IMG/VR virus record: IMGVR_UViG_3300010347_002547
Location: 1 to 39,147 of that record
From: a virus
Length of the DNA stretch: 39,147 nucleotides
Strand: one strand, 5' to 3'
Shown here one piece after another: positions 1 to 8,505 of the stretch. The notes below the pieces were generated by a model. It was not told where the DNA came from, did no database searches, and saw only the letters and a program-made list of their open reading frames with translations. Made by a program: the position numbers and the translations under genes. Position 1 is the stretch's first letter. Each line of letters opens with the position of its first letter.

Positions 1-290
1 GTGAGCGTGAAGCTGAGGGAGCTGCCGGCCGCCACCACATCAGCGATATAGGCGGCTGAGATCTCTGAGGCAGCCGGGAAGATCTCCTCTTCCAGGTAGG
101 CCCGGGGGTCGTAGCCCTGCCAGGCCACGGCGTCAGCCACGTCTCCCGGCTCCTGCATGGCAGCGAGACGCCGCTCGATATCCGACCAGTCGGTTTCCTC
201 TATGGTCTTCCGGATGCTCGCCTTGAAGCGATCGTTCAGCTCATCGATCGCCTTGTTCTCGATCCTCTCCAGCTCCTCAGCGTGGCCCAT
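1..290 (-). CDS. Partial ORF after the portal gene, runs off the left edge; possibly a minor head/head morphogenesis protein
   Basis: Not in the ORF track. ATG at 290 follows the portal TAG (294-296); frame is open to position 1 (MGHAEELERIENKAIDELNDRFKASIRKTIEETDWSDIERRLAAMQEPGD...). Function inferred from position only. Confidence 0.5.
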   Translation of the reverse strand, partial: MGHAEELERIENKAIDELNDRFKASIRKTIEETDWSDIERRLAAMQEPGDVADAVAWQGYDPRAYLEEEIFPAASEISAAYIADVVAAGSSLSFTL

Positions 291-293
291 GGT

Positions 294-1649
294 CTACACC
301 GTAGTATTGGATGGGTTCATGACGTTGTTTTTGTTTCCGAAGATCAGGGCGTGCTCGGCTGCAAGAGCCGCTATCTCCTCATCAGTCAGAGGATTTAACC
401 CCTCCAACTGCCTAAACTCGTTGATTGTGATTGCATGAGATCGATAATTTTCCAGGTTCCTCTGGTGCTCTTTTTCCTTATCTGCGGGGCTCCAATCCCA
501 CCACGCGAACTCGTCCGCCAGCTCGAACCCATTCCACTCTAGCCACTGTGTCCACAGGTTCTCAAATGGTCGGCCCCACAGCTCTCTCTCCGAGGCGATA
601 TGCAGATCGAGCAGGGTCTTTGAGGGGGCAGTGGTAGCGCTGATGGCCTGGGCCGTTACCTCCAGCACATCACGTTTGAAGAAGAAGGCAATGATCTCTT
701 CCCGGAGGTACTTGTCAGCCTCCCAGGGGTTGAGCGGCATAGAGATGGTCGGGTACTCGATCCTCGTTCCCGCAAGAGCCACCTTTCGGTTGACATATGA
801 CTGGTTTTCAGCCAGATCATCGCAGTGTTCTATGAGGTCCTGCATCTTGATGGGAATCTTAGCCTGGATCATGGATACGACGTCCCTGGCGTCGATCCGT
901 TCGGTCTCATTTGGGACTGCAACCCTTCGCTCGGCAGTCATGCCGTAGCGCCGCACTTCTTTCCAAGCCTCGATGCTCGGCTGGAGCACCTTGAGGAAGC
1001 TGATATCGTCCGGTACGGTCACATCCTCGATGTAGAGGAGGTTGTCAGGGTCAAGCTCCTTGGCTTGGCCGCCCCAGCCCGCGCCGCTCTGGAAGAATCG
1101 TGTGGTATCCTGCTTGGCATCGTAGATGATACCCGGGAGGATCTTGTCAGAGAGGTAGTCCTCGCCCACGCCCGATGCAGTGCTGAAGCTCTGAGCCGGT
1201 AGGTGCTGGATCTCTGCGAAGTTGAGCCAGTTGCCCTCCTGCATGGTGGCGTACTCTGATATGGCCTGGCGGAATGACCAGCCATCCAGGGCTGCTGCCC
1301 GGACCAGACCCAGCGTACCGCACCGGCGGGCCTTTCCTATCCGGCCTATGCGCTTCTCCTGGTTGTGGATCTGGGCCAGGGCCTTCTCGATGGCCGGACC
1401 CTGTGTGTCGTCGGATGAATCGATGGGCTGCAGAACGTGATCGAATCCAGAGAAGCATAATCGAGAGAGCCCAGACAGGGACTCCATGACGACGGGAACA
1501 GATCGGTTAGCTGCTATGCGCTCGGGGGTGATGGCCGAGCTGCGATCTATCCAGCCCAGAGGCTGACCGAACCGCACCACAGGTGAGCCGGACATGGCCG
1601 GAGAGGCAGCTTCCTTCTGCCTCCTAAAGAGTTGATCCAAGAATTTCAT
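294..1649 (-). CDS. Portal protein
   Basis: 451 aa directly downstream of TerL with ATGA overlap. C-terminal ITINEFRQLEGLNPL matches the T-x-N-E-x-R...G-x-x-P pattern typical of portal C-termini. Confidence 0.75.
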   Translation of the reverse strand: MKFLDQLFRRQKEAASPAMSGSPVVRFGQPLGWIDRSSAITPERIAANRSVPVVMESLSGLSRLCFSGFDHVLQPIDSSDDTQGPAIEKALAQIHNQEKRIGRIGKARRCGTLGLVRAAALDGWSFRQAISEYATMQEGNWLNFAEIQHLPAQSFSTASGVGEDYLSDKILPGIIYDAKQDTTRFFQSGAGWGGQAKELDPDNLLYIEDVTVPDDISFLKVLQPSIEAWKEVRRYGMTAERRVAVPNETERIDARDVVSMIQAKIPIKMQDLIEHCDDLAENQSYVNRKVALAGTRIEYPTISMPLNPWEADKYLREEIIAFFFKRDVLEVTAQAISATTAPSKTLLDLHIASERELWGRPFENLWTQWLEWNGFELADEFAWWDWSPADKEKEHQRNLENYRSHAITINEFRQLEGLNPLTDEEIAALAAEHALIFGNKNNVMNPSNTTV

Positions 1650-3091
1650 GCTCGTCTTCCTTTCAGCCTGGAGGTTCCCCAGCCCACCGGAGATACCGAT
1701 TCCACAGCAGCGAACGCCAGCATGAGCGCGTCTGCCCGATCGGGGGAATGCAGCCCTCGCCGCTTCATCTCTTCTTTGCTCTCGATCTGGATCTGCCCGC
1801 GGCTTGTGAATTTGTATTTGATACTGGATAGCTGGGCAGCCAAGTCCTCATCACCATCTATGGCGATGTCGCCGACCTCGAACCGCTCCCTGAGGCCCCA
1901 GAACCACTCGGCCCTGGCGTTCAGGAAGTGCTCAGGATCTGTGGCGGCGAAGCCCGACCTCATCTCGATAGCCGGCTTTCCCTGCTCGTTCAGCCGGTCG
2001 TAGACGCCAGCCCCCAGGCCGTCAGCATCTATCCGGGCCTCGGTGGCCTGCGTCTCTTCCAGGGCAGATATGATCCGGCCAGTCGTCTGCATGGTGTCTT
2101 CTTGGCGAGTTGTCCTGTGAACCTTGGCTACTGGCCCACGCCGCAGCACAATTACGGTCTCGTCTGCCCCATGCCTTGCGATATCGCAACCCAGGACAAC
2201 AGGCTCACCATCCGGGAGCTTGCGCATCTGTGCCGCTTCGATCCAAGATAGGGGGATGAGCGTATCGTTCGCCTTGGTGGGGAATTTTCCCAGGACACGA
2301 GAGACCCAGAGCGGATTATCTTCGCCTGCCTCAGACCCACCGCACCACTTCAGCCACTTGTCAGCTACCCATTCGGGGGTGATCAGATAGGGAGCAGGAA
2401 GATCGCCGGTGATCTTGGCCTTCCAGCTCCCCCTCCTGATGTCATCCAAGGTGATGCCGAAGGCCGTAAAGTTTGGAGTGTCAAAGGCCGAGATGTGGAT
2501 CTTGACCACGCCGGGCCGCTTGAACATCTCAAAGAATTCGCCGCTACTCTCTGTGGGATTTCCGATGGCCAAAAGGTGAGCATCCTGCGACGTGAGAATG
2601 CCATCAATGCCTACCCAGATGTCAGGCTCGATACCAGCAGCCTCATCAGCCACAACGAATATAGCACCTCTGGAGCTGTGGGCCCCCTGGAATCGGTTGG
2701 CATCATTTGTGCTCCGGCCCGTCGCAAACCAGTTCGGGCCGAGGTCAAGCCGCGTCTCAAGCATCTTGCCGCCCAGCGGCAATCGGGCCGATCCATGGGC
2801 CTGCCGGATTTCCTGCCAGAGGATGTCTCGCACCTGGTCAAATGTGGGAGCCGTCGTGACGGCCCGCGATAATCGATGGCAGAAGACAAACCATAGCACG
2901 GCACGAGCTGAAATCCAGCTCTTTCCAGCTGCGTGACAGGATGCCACGGCAACGGATTTGTGGTCTCGGACAGCTCGGAGGATCTCTTTCTGCTTCTCCC
3001 AGGGAGCATTTCCGAGTATGTGCTCAACGAACCAAACAGGATCTTCCCGGCAGCGATCAATTATCTTTTCCACTTGCTCCTTTTTCAGCAA
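1646..3091 (-). CDS. terL: Terminase large subunit
   Basis: Walker A-like VASCHAAGKS, Walker B FVVADEA, coupling motif AIGNP, nuclease acidic motifs LGCDIARHGADET and SPDRADALML. Confidence 0.93.
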   Translation of the reverse strand: MLKKEQVEKIIDRCREDPVWFVEHILGNAPWEKQKEILRAVRDHKSVAVASCHAAGKSWISARAVLWFVFCHRLSRAVTTAPTFDQVRDILWQEIRQAHGSARLPLGGKMLETRLDLGPNWFATGRSTNDANRFQGAHSSRGAIFVVADEAAGIEPDIWVGIDGILTSQDAHLLAIGNPTESSGEFFEMFKRPGVVKIHISAFDTPNFTAFGITLDDIRRGSWKAKITGDLPAPYLITPEWVADKWLKWCGGSEAGEDNPLWVSRVLGKFPTKANDTLIPLSWIEAAQMRKLPDGEPVVLGCDIARHGADETVIVLRRGPVAKVHRTTRQEDTMQTTGRIISALEETQATEARIDADGLGAGVYDRLNEQGKPAIEMRSGFAATDPEHFLNARAEWFWGLRERFEVGDIAIDGDEDLAAQLSSIKYKFTSRGQIQIESKEEMKRRGLHSPDRADALMLAFAAVESVSPVGWGTSRLKGRRA

Positions 3092-3554
3092 GCTCGATCA
3101 GCTCCAGAAAACTTTCTGCCAACTTGCTATCTGGATCGTCGCCTGATAGTTCCAGCTCTGCCTTGATGGCCTTTGCAGCCATCTCTGCCGCTTGACTGTG
3201 CCAGGCAATGACTTGGCCAGGCGTAGCTTTCCGCTTGCCCTCAGAGGTTTCATACTCATCTCCTGGCATCCAATCCAAATGTTCGAATGCGCGGGCCTTG
3301 ATCTTCTCGATGAGGTCCAGTGACTTGACGATCTCCACTTTGACCGCATTCCTGCGGGCCTCATGCTTCTGCGCTCGCTCCTCTTTGGACTCAGCTACTA
3401 GGTCTTTCAAGTCCCAGACAGCAGCTTTATACCTCCGGATGGTTTTGGCCTTGTCCGGAATACCCAGCCTCTTTGCTATATGTTCCGGACTTTCCTTCTT
3501 CTGAAAACCTTCTTCGATCTGGTCAATGTATGCTGCTATCGATTCAAACGCCAT
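3057..3554 (-). CDS. Probable terminase small subunit
   Basis: 165 aa helical protein with an HTH-like N-terminus (SPEHIAKRLGIPDKAKTIRRY), immediately upstream of and overlapping terL. Confidence 0.6.
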   Translation of the reverse strand: MAFESIAAYIDQIEEGFQKKESPEHIAKRLGIPDKAKTIRRYKAAVWDLKDLVAESKEERAQKHEARRNAVKVEIVKSLDLIEKIKARAFEHLDWMPGDEYETSEGKRKATPGQVIAWHSQAAEMAAKAIKAELELSGDDPDSKLAESFLELIELAEKGASGKDN

Positions 3555-3589
3555 TGGACATCATCTGGACAAATTGACAAAAATGGACA
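3555..3589. repeat. Four short direct repeats T(G/T)GACA just upstream of the terS start
   Basis: TGGACA at 3555, 3566 and 3584; TTGACA at 3574. Confidence 0.5.
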
Positions 3590-3631
3590 TTATGCAATTA
3601 GTACTCGGCTCTGGAGTCGCCGCCATTGCCG

Positions 3632-4012
3632 TTATTCATAGATCATGTTACATTTAACACAATATAGATATCCGTGATTGTCCATCTGCAGCTCGCCGCC
3701 GCACGGGCATGCATCGAGCCGTAGGACCTCACCACGCGCTGTCATAATTGATATTTCTGGCTTATTATTTATAGGATCGGACAATTCTCTGGCCGACCTT
3801 CCTTGCAATCTAATTATTTTTGGCGGCCTCCAGGACCACTGGGAGCGGTTAAATGGTCTGCCATTGTAGATCAATCTGCCAGATTCTTCGGCCACTTGAC
3901 AGCGAATTTTTAGATGACAGTGTAGAACTCCGCCGTTTAAAATTGGGCGGAATGCCTTATCCCTATGAAGCGACTTTAATTCCGATTCTGTCAGGTCCTC
4001 AGAGTAATCCAT
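3632..4012 (-). CDS. Hypothetical protein with C-terminal Zn-ribbon
   Basis: CPCGG...YLYCVKC at the C-terminus. Start moved to ATG 4012 (preceded by GAGGAGG) to avoid a 31-nt overlap with the upstream gene. Confidence 0.5.
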   Translation of the reverse strand: MDYSEDLTESELKSLHRDKAFRPILNGGVLHCHLKIRCQVAEESGRLIYNGRPFNRSQWSWRPPKIIRLQGRSARELSDPINNKPEISIMTARGEVLRLDACPCGGELQMDNHGYLYCVKCNMIYE

Positions 4013-4065
4013 CCTCCTCAATCTATATGTCTGTGGTCCGATAATATTATCAGAATTTAGACAGT

Positions 4066-4293
4066 CTATTTGCACCTGCACCTCACCAAGACACATGCGC
4101 GTCCCCCCTGCACGATAGATTCTGTCTCGACTTCGCCAGCGTTTTCAAGCCGCCTGACTGCCTGCTGGATCTTTCCAATGGTCCAAGGCCACCTACCCAT
4201 TTGCTCCTTGGCCTTGCCGAGGAGTTGATAGAGATTTAATCCGGGATTTTCTCGGACCAGAGTCTTGACCTGGTAGTCTGTGAAATTCATCAC
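4066..4293 (-). CDS. Small winged-helix-like DNA-binding protein
   Basis: 75 aa; pattern LVRENPGLNLYQL...KIQQAVRRLENAGEV resembles a wHTH. ATGA overlap with the upstream gene. Confidence 0.55.
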   Translation of the reverse strand: MMNFTDYQVKTLVRENPGLNLYQLLGKAKEQMGRWPWTIGKIQQAVRRLENAGEVETESIVQGGRACVLVRCRCK

Positions 4294-4463
4294 TGCTTCA
4301 CCAACTTCTCCAGCCGTCTAGTCCACGCCCGGACGCTGTTCTCTGCGATCTTTCGATCATCTTCCAGACGTTTGATTGCTGTAGAGATGCTCAGCTCTTT
4401 TGCCTTCCAGTATTCCAGCTCGTTCTGGGCGAGCTGGATATCCGAGTCCTTCCTGGAGCTCAT
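4290..4463 (-). CDS. Small coiled-coil hypothetical protein
   Basis: MSSRKDSDIQLAQNELEYWKAKEL...; start reassigned to ATG 4463, which forms an ATGA overlap with the stop at 4460. Confidence 0.6.
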   Translation of the reverse strand: MSSRKDSDIQLAQNELEYWKAKELSISTAIKRLEDDRKIAENSVRAWTRRLEKLVKQ

Positions 4464-5428
4464 AGATCGGCCCCCTGCGATCTGAGCCGCACACGCACGG
4501 ACTGCTCGCCGTAGTAGTAGCCTTCCAGGTTCAGAGCCTCTGAGATCTGCTTCGGGTTCATTCCAGTCCGCCACATATCCCACATCTTCTGGTCCAGCTC
4601 GGCGCGGCTGATTGGTACAGGATCGGGCATCTCCTCGTTTGATGAGACTGCATCTGCGTCGGAGTTGATCTGATCTTGGCGACCCATCTCTTTGGGCATC
4701 GGGGCATTGTGGGCCATCTCGTCATGGGATTCGGAGGAGCGCTTCTTTCGGATCTCCTGATGGCGTGCCATCACATCGCCTATGGTACAGTCGTGTCCTC
4801 TGCTCCGGAGAGCCTCGTGGATCTCTTTGAATTTCACACCCGCATCTCTTTGTGCATCGATGAAATCATCCTCGCTGTGTGGAATCCTCGGGGGTGCTCG
4901 GCGGGTGGTTTGCGCTTTCGTGGAGGTGCTTGTCTCGTTCTGAATTGTATCTTGCGTCTCCTTCACAGATTTTTCAACTATTCGGGAATCCCGAATAGTT
5001 GGACGCTCTTCAACCATCTGGGTATCCCGGATAGTTGGATCGGAGTGAGCAAGTTCTCCACTCAAAGCTGCATATGCCTCCTTCCTCAGACCTTCGGCCT
5101 TTTGATCCTGTTTGTATTTCCAGTAGCGCATCCTCGCAGCCTTCGGAGTGATGTTACCTGCCTCGGCTGCGATAGCCGGCCAGGACCGGCGCTTCCTATC
5201 TGGCCCCAGCGACTCCCTGAGCTCCACAACCTTCTCGGTGATCCTCTGGCTCTCTTCAGGATCGTAATATCGAGCCGCCAGGCCTGTCCTCTGTGGGTGG
5301 AATCCCTGAGAGAGCTTGATTGCTACGTCGATGTGTCCTCGGATGAGGTTGATCTCGTTCAGCCGGTCGAGCGGAACTGCCCCCTCTGGGGGAAACAGGA
5401 TTTTCAGAATCTCTGCCTCAGTGCTCAT
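4460..5428 (-). CDS. Hypothetical protein (322 aa) with several HTH-like segments
   Basis: Start reassigned to ATG 5428 (AGGAG upstream, ATGA overlap). HTH-like stretches SWPAIAAEAGNITPKAARMRY and GMNPKQISEALNLEGY. Confidence 0.65.
   Translation of the reverse strand: MSTEAEILKILFPPEGAVPLDRLNEINLIRGHIDVAIKLSQGFHPQRTGLAARYYDPEESQRITEKVVELRESLGPDRKRRSWPAIAAEAGNITPKAARMRYWKYKQDQKAEGLRKEAYAALSGELAHSDPTIRDTQMVEERPTIRDSRIVEKSVKETQDTIQNETSTSTKAQTTRRAPPRIPHSEDDFIDAQRDAGVKFKEIHEALRSRGHDCTIGDVMARHQEIRKKRSSESHDEMAHNAPMPKEMGRQDQINSDADAVSSNEEMPDPVPISRAELDQKMWDMWRTGMNPKQISEALNLEGYYYGEQSVRVRLRSQGADL
4975..5037. repeat. Tandem pair of 27-bp palindromes (36-bp period) inside a CDS
   Basis: 4975-5001 CAACTATTCGGGA-A-TCCCGAATAGTTG has perfect 13-bp arms. 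5011-5037 CAACCATCTGGGT-A-TCCCGGATAGTTG has 3 mismatches. Confidence 0.85.
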
Positions 5429-5772
5429 GCTTTGACTCCTTGAATCTGGATATTGACCTCTTCTCCAACATGCGATCGATACCATTCCTCTTTTTGTGGA
5501 GGCCATGCTGGCCTAATTGTGGTCCAAAGATAGCCCCCCGTGAGGAGCAGCAGCACCAAGAACTCTTTTCCATGTGAAAGCTCAAAATTCCCAGGCTTCC
5601 ATCGGAACTTAGTGTCCCACTCGATGAACTCCTTCGAGAGCTGGCTGCGATCTACCTTCAGAACGGCCAGCAGGGTGGTTGGCCTGTCTGGGTCCATCAT
5701 ATCCATTGCAGAGAACGGCATCTTGCAGTACTCGGCAGCGAATTTGATTGTAGCTAAGCCCACTTTCTTCAT
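5425..5772 (-). CDS. Hypothetical protein
   Basis: ATG 5772 in the called frame, stop overlapping the next start. The TTIR...WY motif is weakly suggestive of an ASCH/PUA-like fold. Confidence 0.6.
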   Translation of the reverse strand: MKKVGLATIKFAAEYCKMPFSAMDMMDPDRPTTLLAVLKVDRSQLSKEFIEWDTKFRWKPGNFELSHGKEFLVLLLLTGGYLWTTIRPAWPPQKEEWYRSHVGEEVNIQIQGVKA

Positions 5773-5800
5773 CTCCAATTTTTATATTTCAACCGTCTTG

Positions 5801-5994
5801 AGTCTCGGAGACTTGAGACTCCAAGTCTCTCTCTACCCTTCCAACGTTACTAGCTGTTTATATACTATCTTTCAAATCCTTCCCTTCCCTCAACTAATAC
5901 ATACTACTCTACGACATACTTTTACTAGACTTAGTATGTCGCAGTCTGGCTTTTTACCCCCTTCTCTCCATCCGAGTCTCAAGTCTCCGAGACT
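5801..5994. repeat. Intergenic nested inverted repeats (candidate origin or regulatory element)
   Basis: Perfect 21-bp IR: AGTCTCGGAGACTTGAGACTC (5801-5821) and its reverse complement (5974-5994). Inner 9-bp IR: CGACATACT (5912-5920) and AGTATGTCG (5933-5941). Confidence 0.85.
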
Positions 5995-6010
5995 TGAAAT
6001 GGAGCTTAAC

Positions 6011-6820
6011 TCATCTGATTTTTTGGTTAAGTGTGATTACCCATCTCGCAGATGAATTCTCGGCCTTCATGACACGAAAGCGATCATCCATCCTACATGC
6101 ATCTCGCAGGCGAAAGGCTTGAGCTTTCGATATGCCTAGCCTTCCTCCTTTCTGTCCATGTGGTCCATGTAAGTTGCTGATGTACACTCCGCCGTTTGGG
6201 CTCTTCCTGAGTAGGCCGAAGAGTTCATCACGAAGCTTCTTCATGCCTTCAGAGTCTCGCCTGGACTCTTCCTTTTCGAGAAGCGGAGCCATCTTTTGGA
6301 CCTTTTCTTCCAGGGCTTTGATGCGCCGAAGTGCTATCGCCAGGTCCTCAGCCATGCGATTTTGCCACTCTTCTTGAGTCTCAGAGACTTTGATACCAGT
6401 CTCAGAGACTTTGTGACCGTCTGCTGATGCTGTATTAGGATTATCACTATCAGCAGGAGCATCAACAGTACCAGAGACTTTGTTACCTTTCTCTGATATC
6501 GTTTTTGTATGAACGTTAGCAGTAGGCTTATCTTCGGTCTCAGAGACTTTGTTACCTCTCTCTGGTATCGTTTCTGCTGAACCATTATCCTGAGGTATCA
6601 TCTCAGTCTCAGAGACTTTGATACCTGCGGCCAATAGCGATAATACTTGGCCGTCTGCCTGACGCGCCTGACCTGTCTCCGTGACCTTGGCCTTGCCTCT
6701 GGGCTTCGGCTTGCCTGCGTTCCTGGCCTTAATCTCTGCCCAGCAGGTTGAGCACATGCCGCGCCGCAAGTCCTTCAGGTCTACTTCTTTCTGGCAGCGC
6801 GGGCAGATGGCGAGGCTCAT
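6011..6820 (-). CDS. Zn-finger + 23-aa repeat region + C-terminal putative DNA-binding domain; candidate replication initiator
   Basis: Start ATG 6820 (ATGA overlap). N-terminal CPRC...CSTC, KVSET repeats, coiled coil and a basic C-terminal domain. Initiator role is inference. Confidence 0.6.
   Translation of the reverse strand: MSLAICPRCQKEVDLKDLRRGMCSTCWAEIKARNAGKPKPRGKAKVTETGQARQADGQVLSLLAAGIKVSETEMIPQDNGSAETIPERGNKVSETEDKPTANVHTKTISEKGNKVSGTVDAPADSDNPNTASADGHKVSETGIKVSETQEEWQNRMAEDLAIALRRIKALEEKVQKMAPLLEKEESRRDSEGMKKLRDELFGLLRKSPNGGVYISNLHGPHGQKGGRLGISKAQAFRLRDACRMDDRFRVMKAENSSARWVITLNQKIR
6377..6694. repeat. Iteron-like 21-bp motif (consensus AGTCTCAGAGACTTTGWTACC) on a 69-bp lattice
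   Basis: Copies start at 6398, 6467, 6536, 6605 and (degenerate) 6674, exactly 69 bp apart, plus one tandem copy at 6377. Core GTCTC-N-GAGAC is palindromic. Confidence 0.85.
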
Positions 6821-7044
6821 TCTCCCTCCAGCTTCTTCTTCCATAGCCAGTCTGGCACAATCACTCGGTCCTGAAGGACCCTGATCTGGGAGCGAGGCAG
6901 CCAGTATGTGCGGACCTTGCCGCGCTTCTCGATCCTCAGAAGGATTGCTTTCTCTGTCTTGGACTCTATGCTGATGGACGCCTGGTAGGTGGACTCATCG
7001 AGCGTTCTGAACTCGCTTTCTCCGAGCTTGAAGACTTGGCTCAT
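6817..7044 (-). CDS. Small hypothetical viral protein
   Basis: KTEKAILL...WLPRSQI...VPDWL pattern, reminiscent of small phage proteins. Overlaps both neighbours. Confidence 0.65.
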   Translation of the reverse strand: MSQVFKLGESEFRTLDESTYQASISIESKTEKAILLRIEKRGKVRTYWLPRSQIRVLQDRVIVPDWLWKKKLEGE

Positions 7045-7256
7045 GCCACCCTCTCTTGATAGTCTCGTATAGCGGCTCTGGAGAAGCTATCTGCCTCGCA
7101 GAGGTAAGAATATAGCCAGAAGGCAGCGTTCTTCCAGCCTTGGGCATCCTGCGCAGGACTAGAATCGAAGACTATCCCTTTTCCTCGCAGATCCGCTAAT
7201 GCAGCAGGCTGGAGAGCAGCTATACGCTCTAAGGTTTCCAAGAGACGTGCAGTCAC
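7041..7256 (-). CDS. Hypothetical protein
   Basis: GTG start in a GTGA overlap; stop overlaps the next ATG. Confidence 0.6.
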   Translation of the reverse strand: MTARLLETLERIAALQPAALADLRGKGIVFDSSPAQDAQGWKNAAFWLYSYLCEADSFSRAAIRDYQERVA

Positions 7257-7483
7257 TCTCGTGCCTCCACGCTCGCCCGGCCTACCATGACGCCCAGCGC
7301 CAGGGCCATCTTCTCAACATCAGAGAGTCCATCAAGCAGCGCCACAAGTAGCCTCTCCGGGTACTCCAGGCCATCCCCACGGACTCCCCGGGATTCCATG
7401 GCCTTCTCTTGGGCCTCTTCATACCGGCGCTCGACCTGGTCCCACTGCTGCTCAGAGAGGCAGAAGGCATCTACGACGGTCAA
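7253..7483 (-). CDS. Hypothetical protein
   Basis: Start reassigned to TTG 7483 (GGAGGT upstream, TTGA overlap with the stop at 7480). Confidence 0.6.
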   Translation of the reverse strand: MTVVDAFCLSEQQWDQVERRYEEAQEKAMESRGVRGDGLEYPERLLVALLDGLSDVEKMALALGVMVGRASVEARE

Positions 7484-7761
7484 GGCAAGACCTCCAGCCG
7501 GAATAATCCCAGATCCGACTCCCCTGAGTCGCGCCAATATGGCTCGATCTGGGCCTTAAACTCAACATGCTGCCCTGGCTCTGCTGGTATAGGCCCGTGC
7601 CAGTGCCACGGCCTGATCCAGGCATGGTCCAGGTGGCCGCCAATCGGCGTCTCCACGTCAGAGAGCAGGATGAACCCCTGCTTGCTCCGGCCTGCATAGC
7701 GAGCAGAGAAGCGAGCCCGCGTGATCCCGGCCCGCTGCAGGGCTGCAAGTTCGGGCCTCAT
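7480..7761 (-). CDS. Hypothetical protein, possibly a small beta-barrel/OB-like fold
   Basis: 93 aa with overlaps on both sides; beta-rich pattern (GQHVEFKAQIEPY). Confidence 0.6.
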   Translation of the reverse strand: MRPELAALQRAGITRARFSARYAGRSKQGFILLSDVETPIGGHLDHAWIRPWHWHGPIPAEPGQHVEFKAQIEPYWRDSGESDLGLFRLEVLP

Positions 7762-7997
7762 GCGCTCGCCCCCGTCGCATTGATCAGCCAGATGCTGTTG
7801 TTTCCCTGCAGGATGCTCACGTTAATGGAGTCCCCAATGACGTGGAGCGTATGCAGGCCCGCGCCGGAGCTCTGGCCGGTGATCTGCAGGGTGACCGCCT
7901 GGCCGGTGACTGCGAATACCTCTAGGAGAGCAAACGTCAGGATGGCAACCCAGACGGCAATTGCGGCGATCCAAAAGATTGGGTTGTCGCGTATCAT
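7758..7997 (-). CDS. Small membrane-anchored or secreted protein
   Basis: Start ATG 7997 (ATGA overlap). Hydrophobic N-terminus IFWIAAIAVWVAILTFALL followed by a beta-rich segment. Confidence 0.6.
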   Translation of the reverse strand: MIRDNPIFWIAAIAVWVAILTFALLEVFAVTGQAVTLQITGQSSGAGLHTLHVIGDSINVSILQGNNSIWLINATGASA

Positions 7998-8233
7998 ACG
8001 CTGCACCTCCCGGCCCGGTCCCTGCCCATGATCACGACTCGCTGGCCTACCAGTGGCCTCAGATCTGCCACGAGGTCGGGCGAGATCTCGATCATCATGT
8101 TCTCGACCTGGGCTATGCCCTCGCCGAGTCCCCGGAGCACTCCGATGCATATGCCGTTGGCCGGCAGGGCGATAGGTTCAGAGGATTCACTGATGTCAGA
8201 AAACCTTATAGCCGCGCAGGCAGATGAACTCAT
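7994..8233 (-). CDS. Hypothetical protein
   Basis: 79 aa, coupled to both neighbours by 4-nt overlaps. Confidence 0.55.
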   Translation of the reverse strand: MSSSACAAIRFSDISESSEPIALPANGICIGVLRGLGEGIAQVENMMIEISPDLVADLRPLVGQRVVIMGRDRAGRCSV

Positions 8234-8505
8234 GAGAATCTCGCCTCCGGAGCTGGGCAGGGATTCTCCCTTCCCATTATCGCGGCTTTTCCTTTCTCTG
8301 TTATAGTTGCTCGAGCAAGCCTCTTTTCTGATCTCCGGTCTACAGAAATGAGCTGCTGAGCCTCAAGATCAAGCAGGCGTTTATACAGAACGCGTTGGCT
8401 GCGTCTATCTAAGAGAGCCTCTGCCGCTCTGGCCAAAGGCTGGCCAGGTCTCTTATCAATCTCCTTCAGGAGCTTGATATCGATCTCATCTAGTTCGGAC
8501 ATCAC
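8230..8505 (-). CDS. Winged-helix (MarR/ArsR-like) DNA-binding protein
   Basis: GTG 8505 in a GTGA overlap. LDEIDIKLLKEI...LYKRLLDLEAQQLI...ATITEKGK matches the wHTH pattern. Confidence 0.65.
   Translation of the reverse strand: MMSELDEIDIKLLKEIDKRPGQPLARAAEALLDRRSQRVLYKRLLDLEAQQLISVDRRSEKRLARATITEKGKAAIMGRENPCPAPEARFS

Noticed and set aside
291-296. Pyrrolysine read-through of the portal TAG
   Set aside because: The next gene starts with its own ATG in a different frame 3 nt later; nothing supports recoding.
4676-5443. 255-aa plus-strand ORF and similar plus-strand ORFs across 157-10070
   Set aside because: Antisense to a tightly coupled minus-strand operon; long shadow ORFs are expected in GC-rich DNA.
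6377-6694. Possible CRISPR array (regular repeats with variable spacers)
   Set aside because: Repeats are degenerate, in frame within a CDS, on a codon-multiple 69-bp period, and no cas genes are present.
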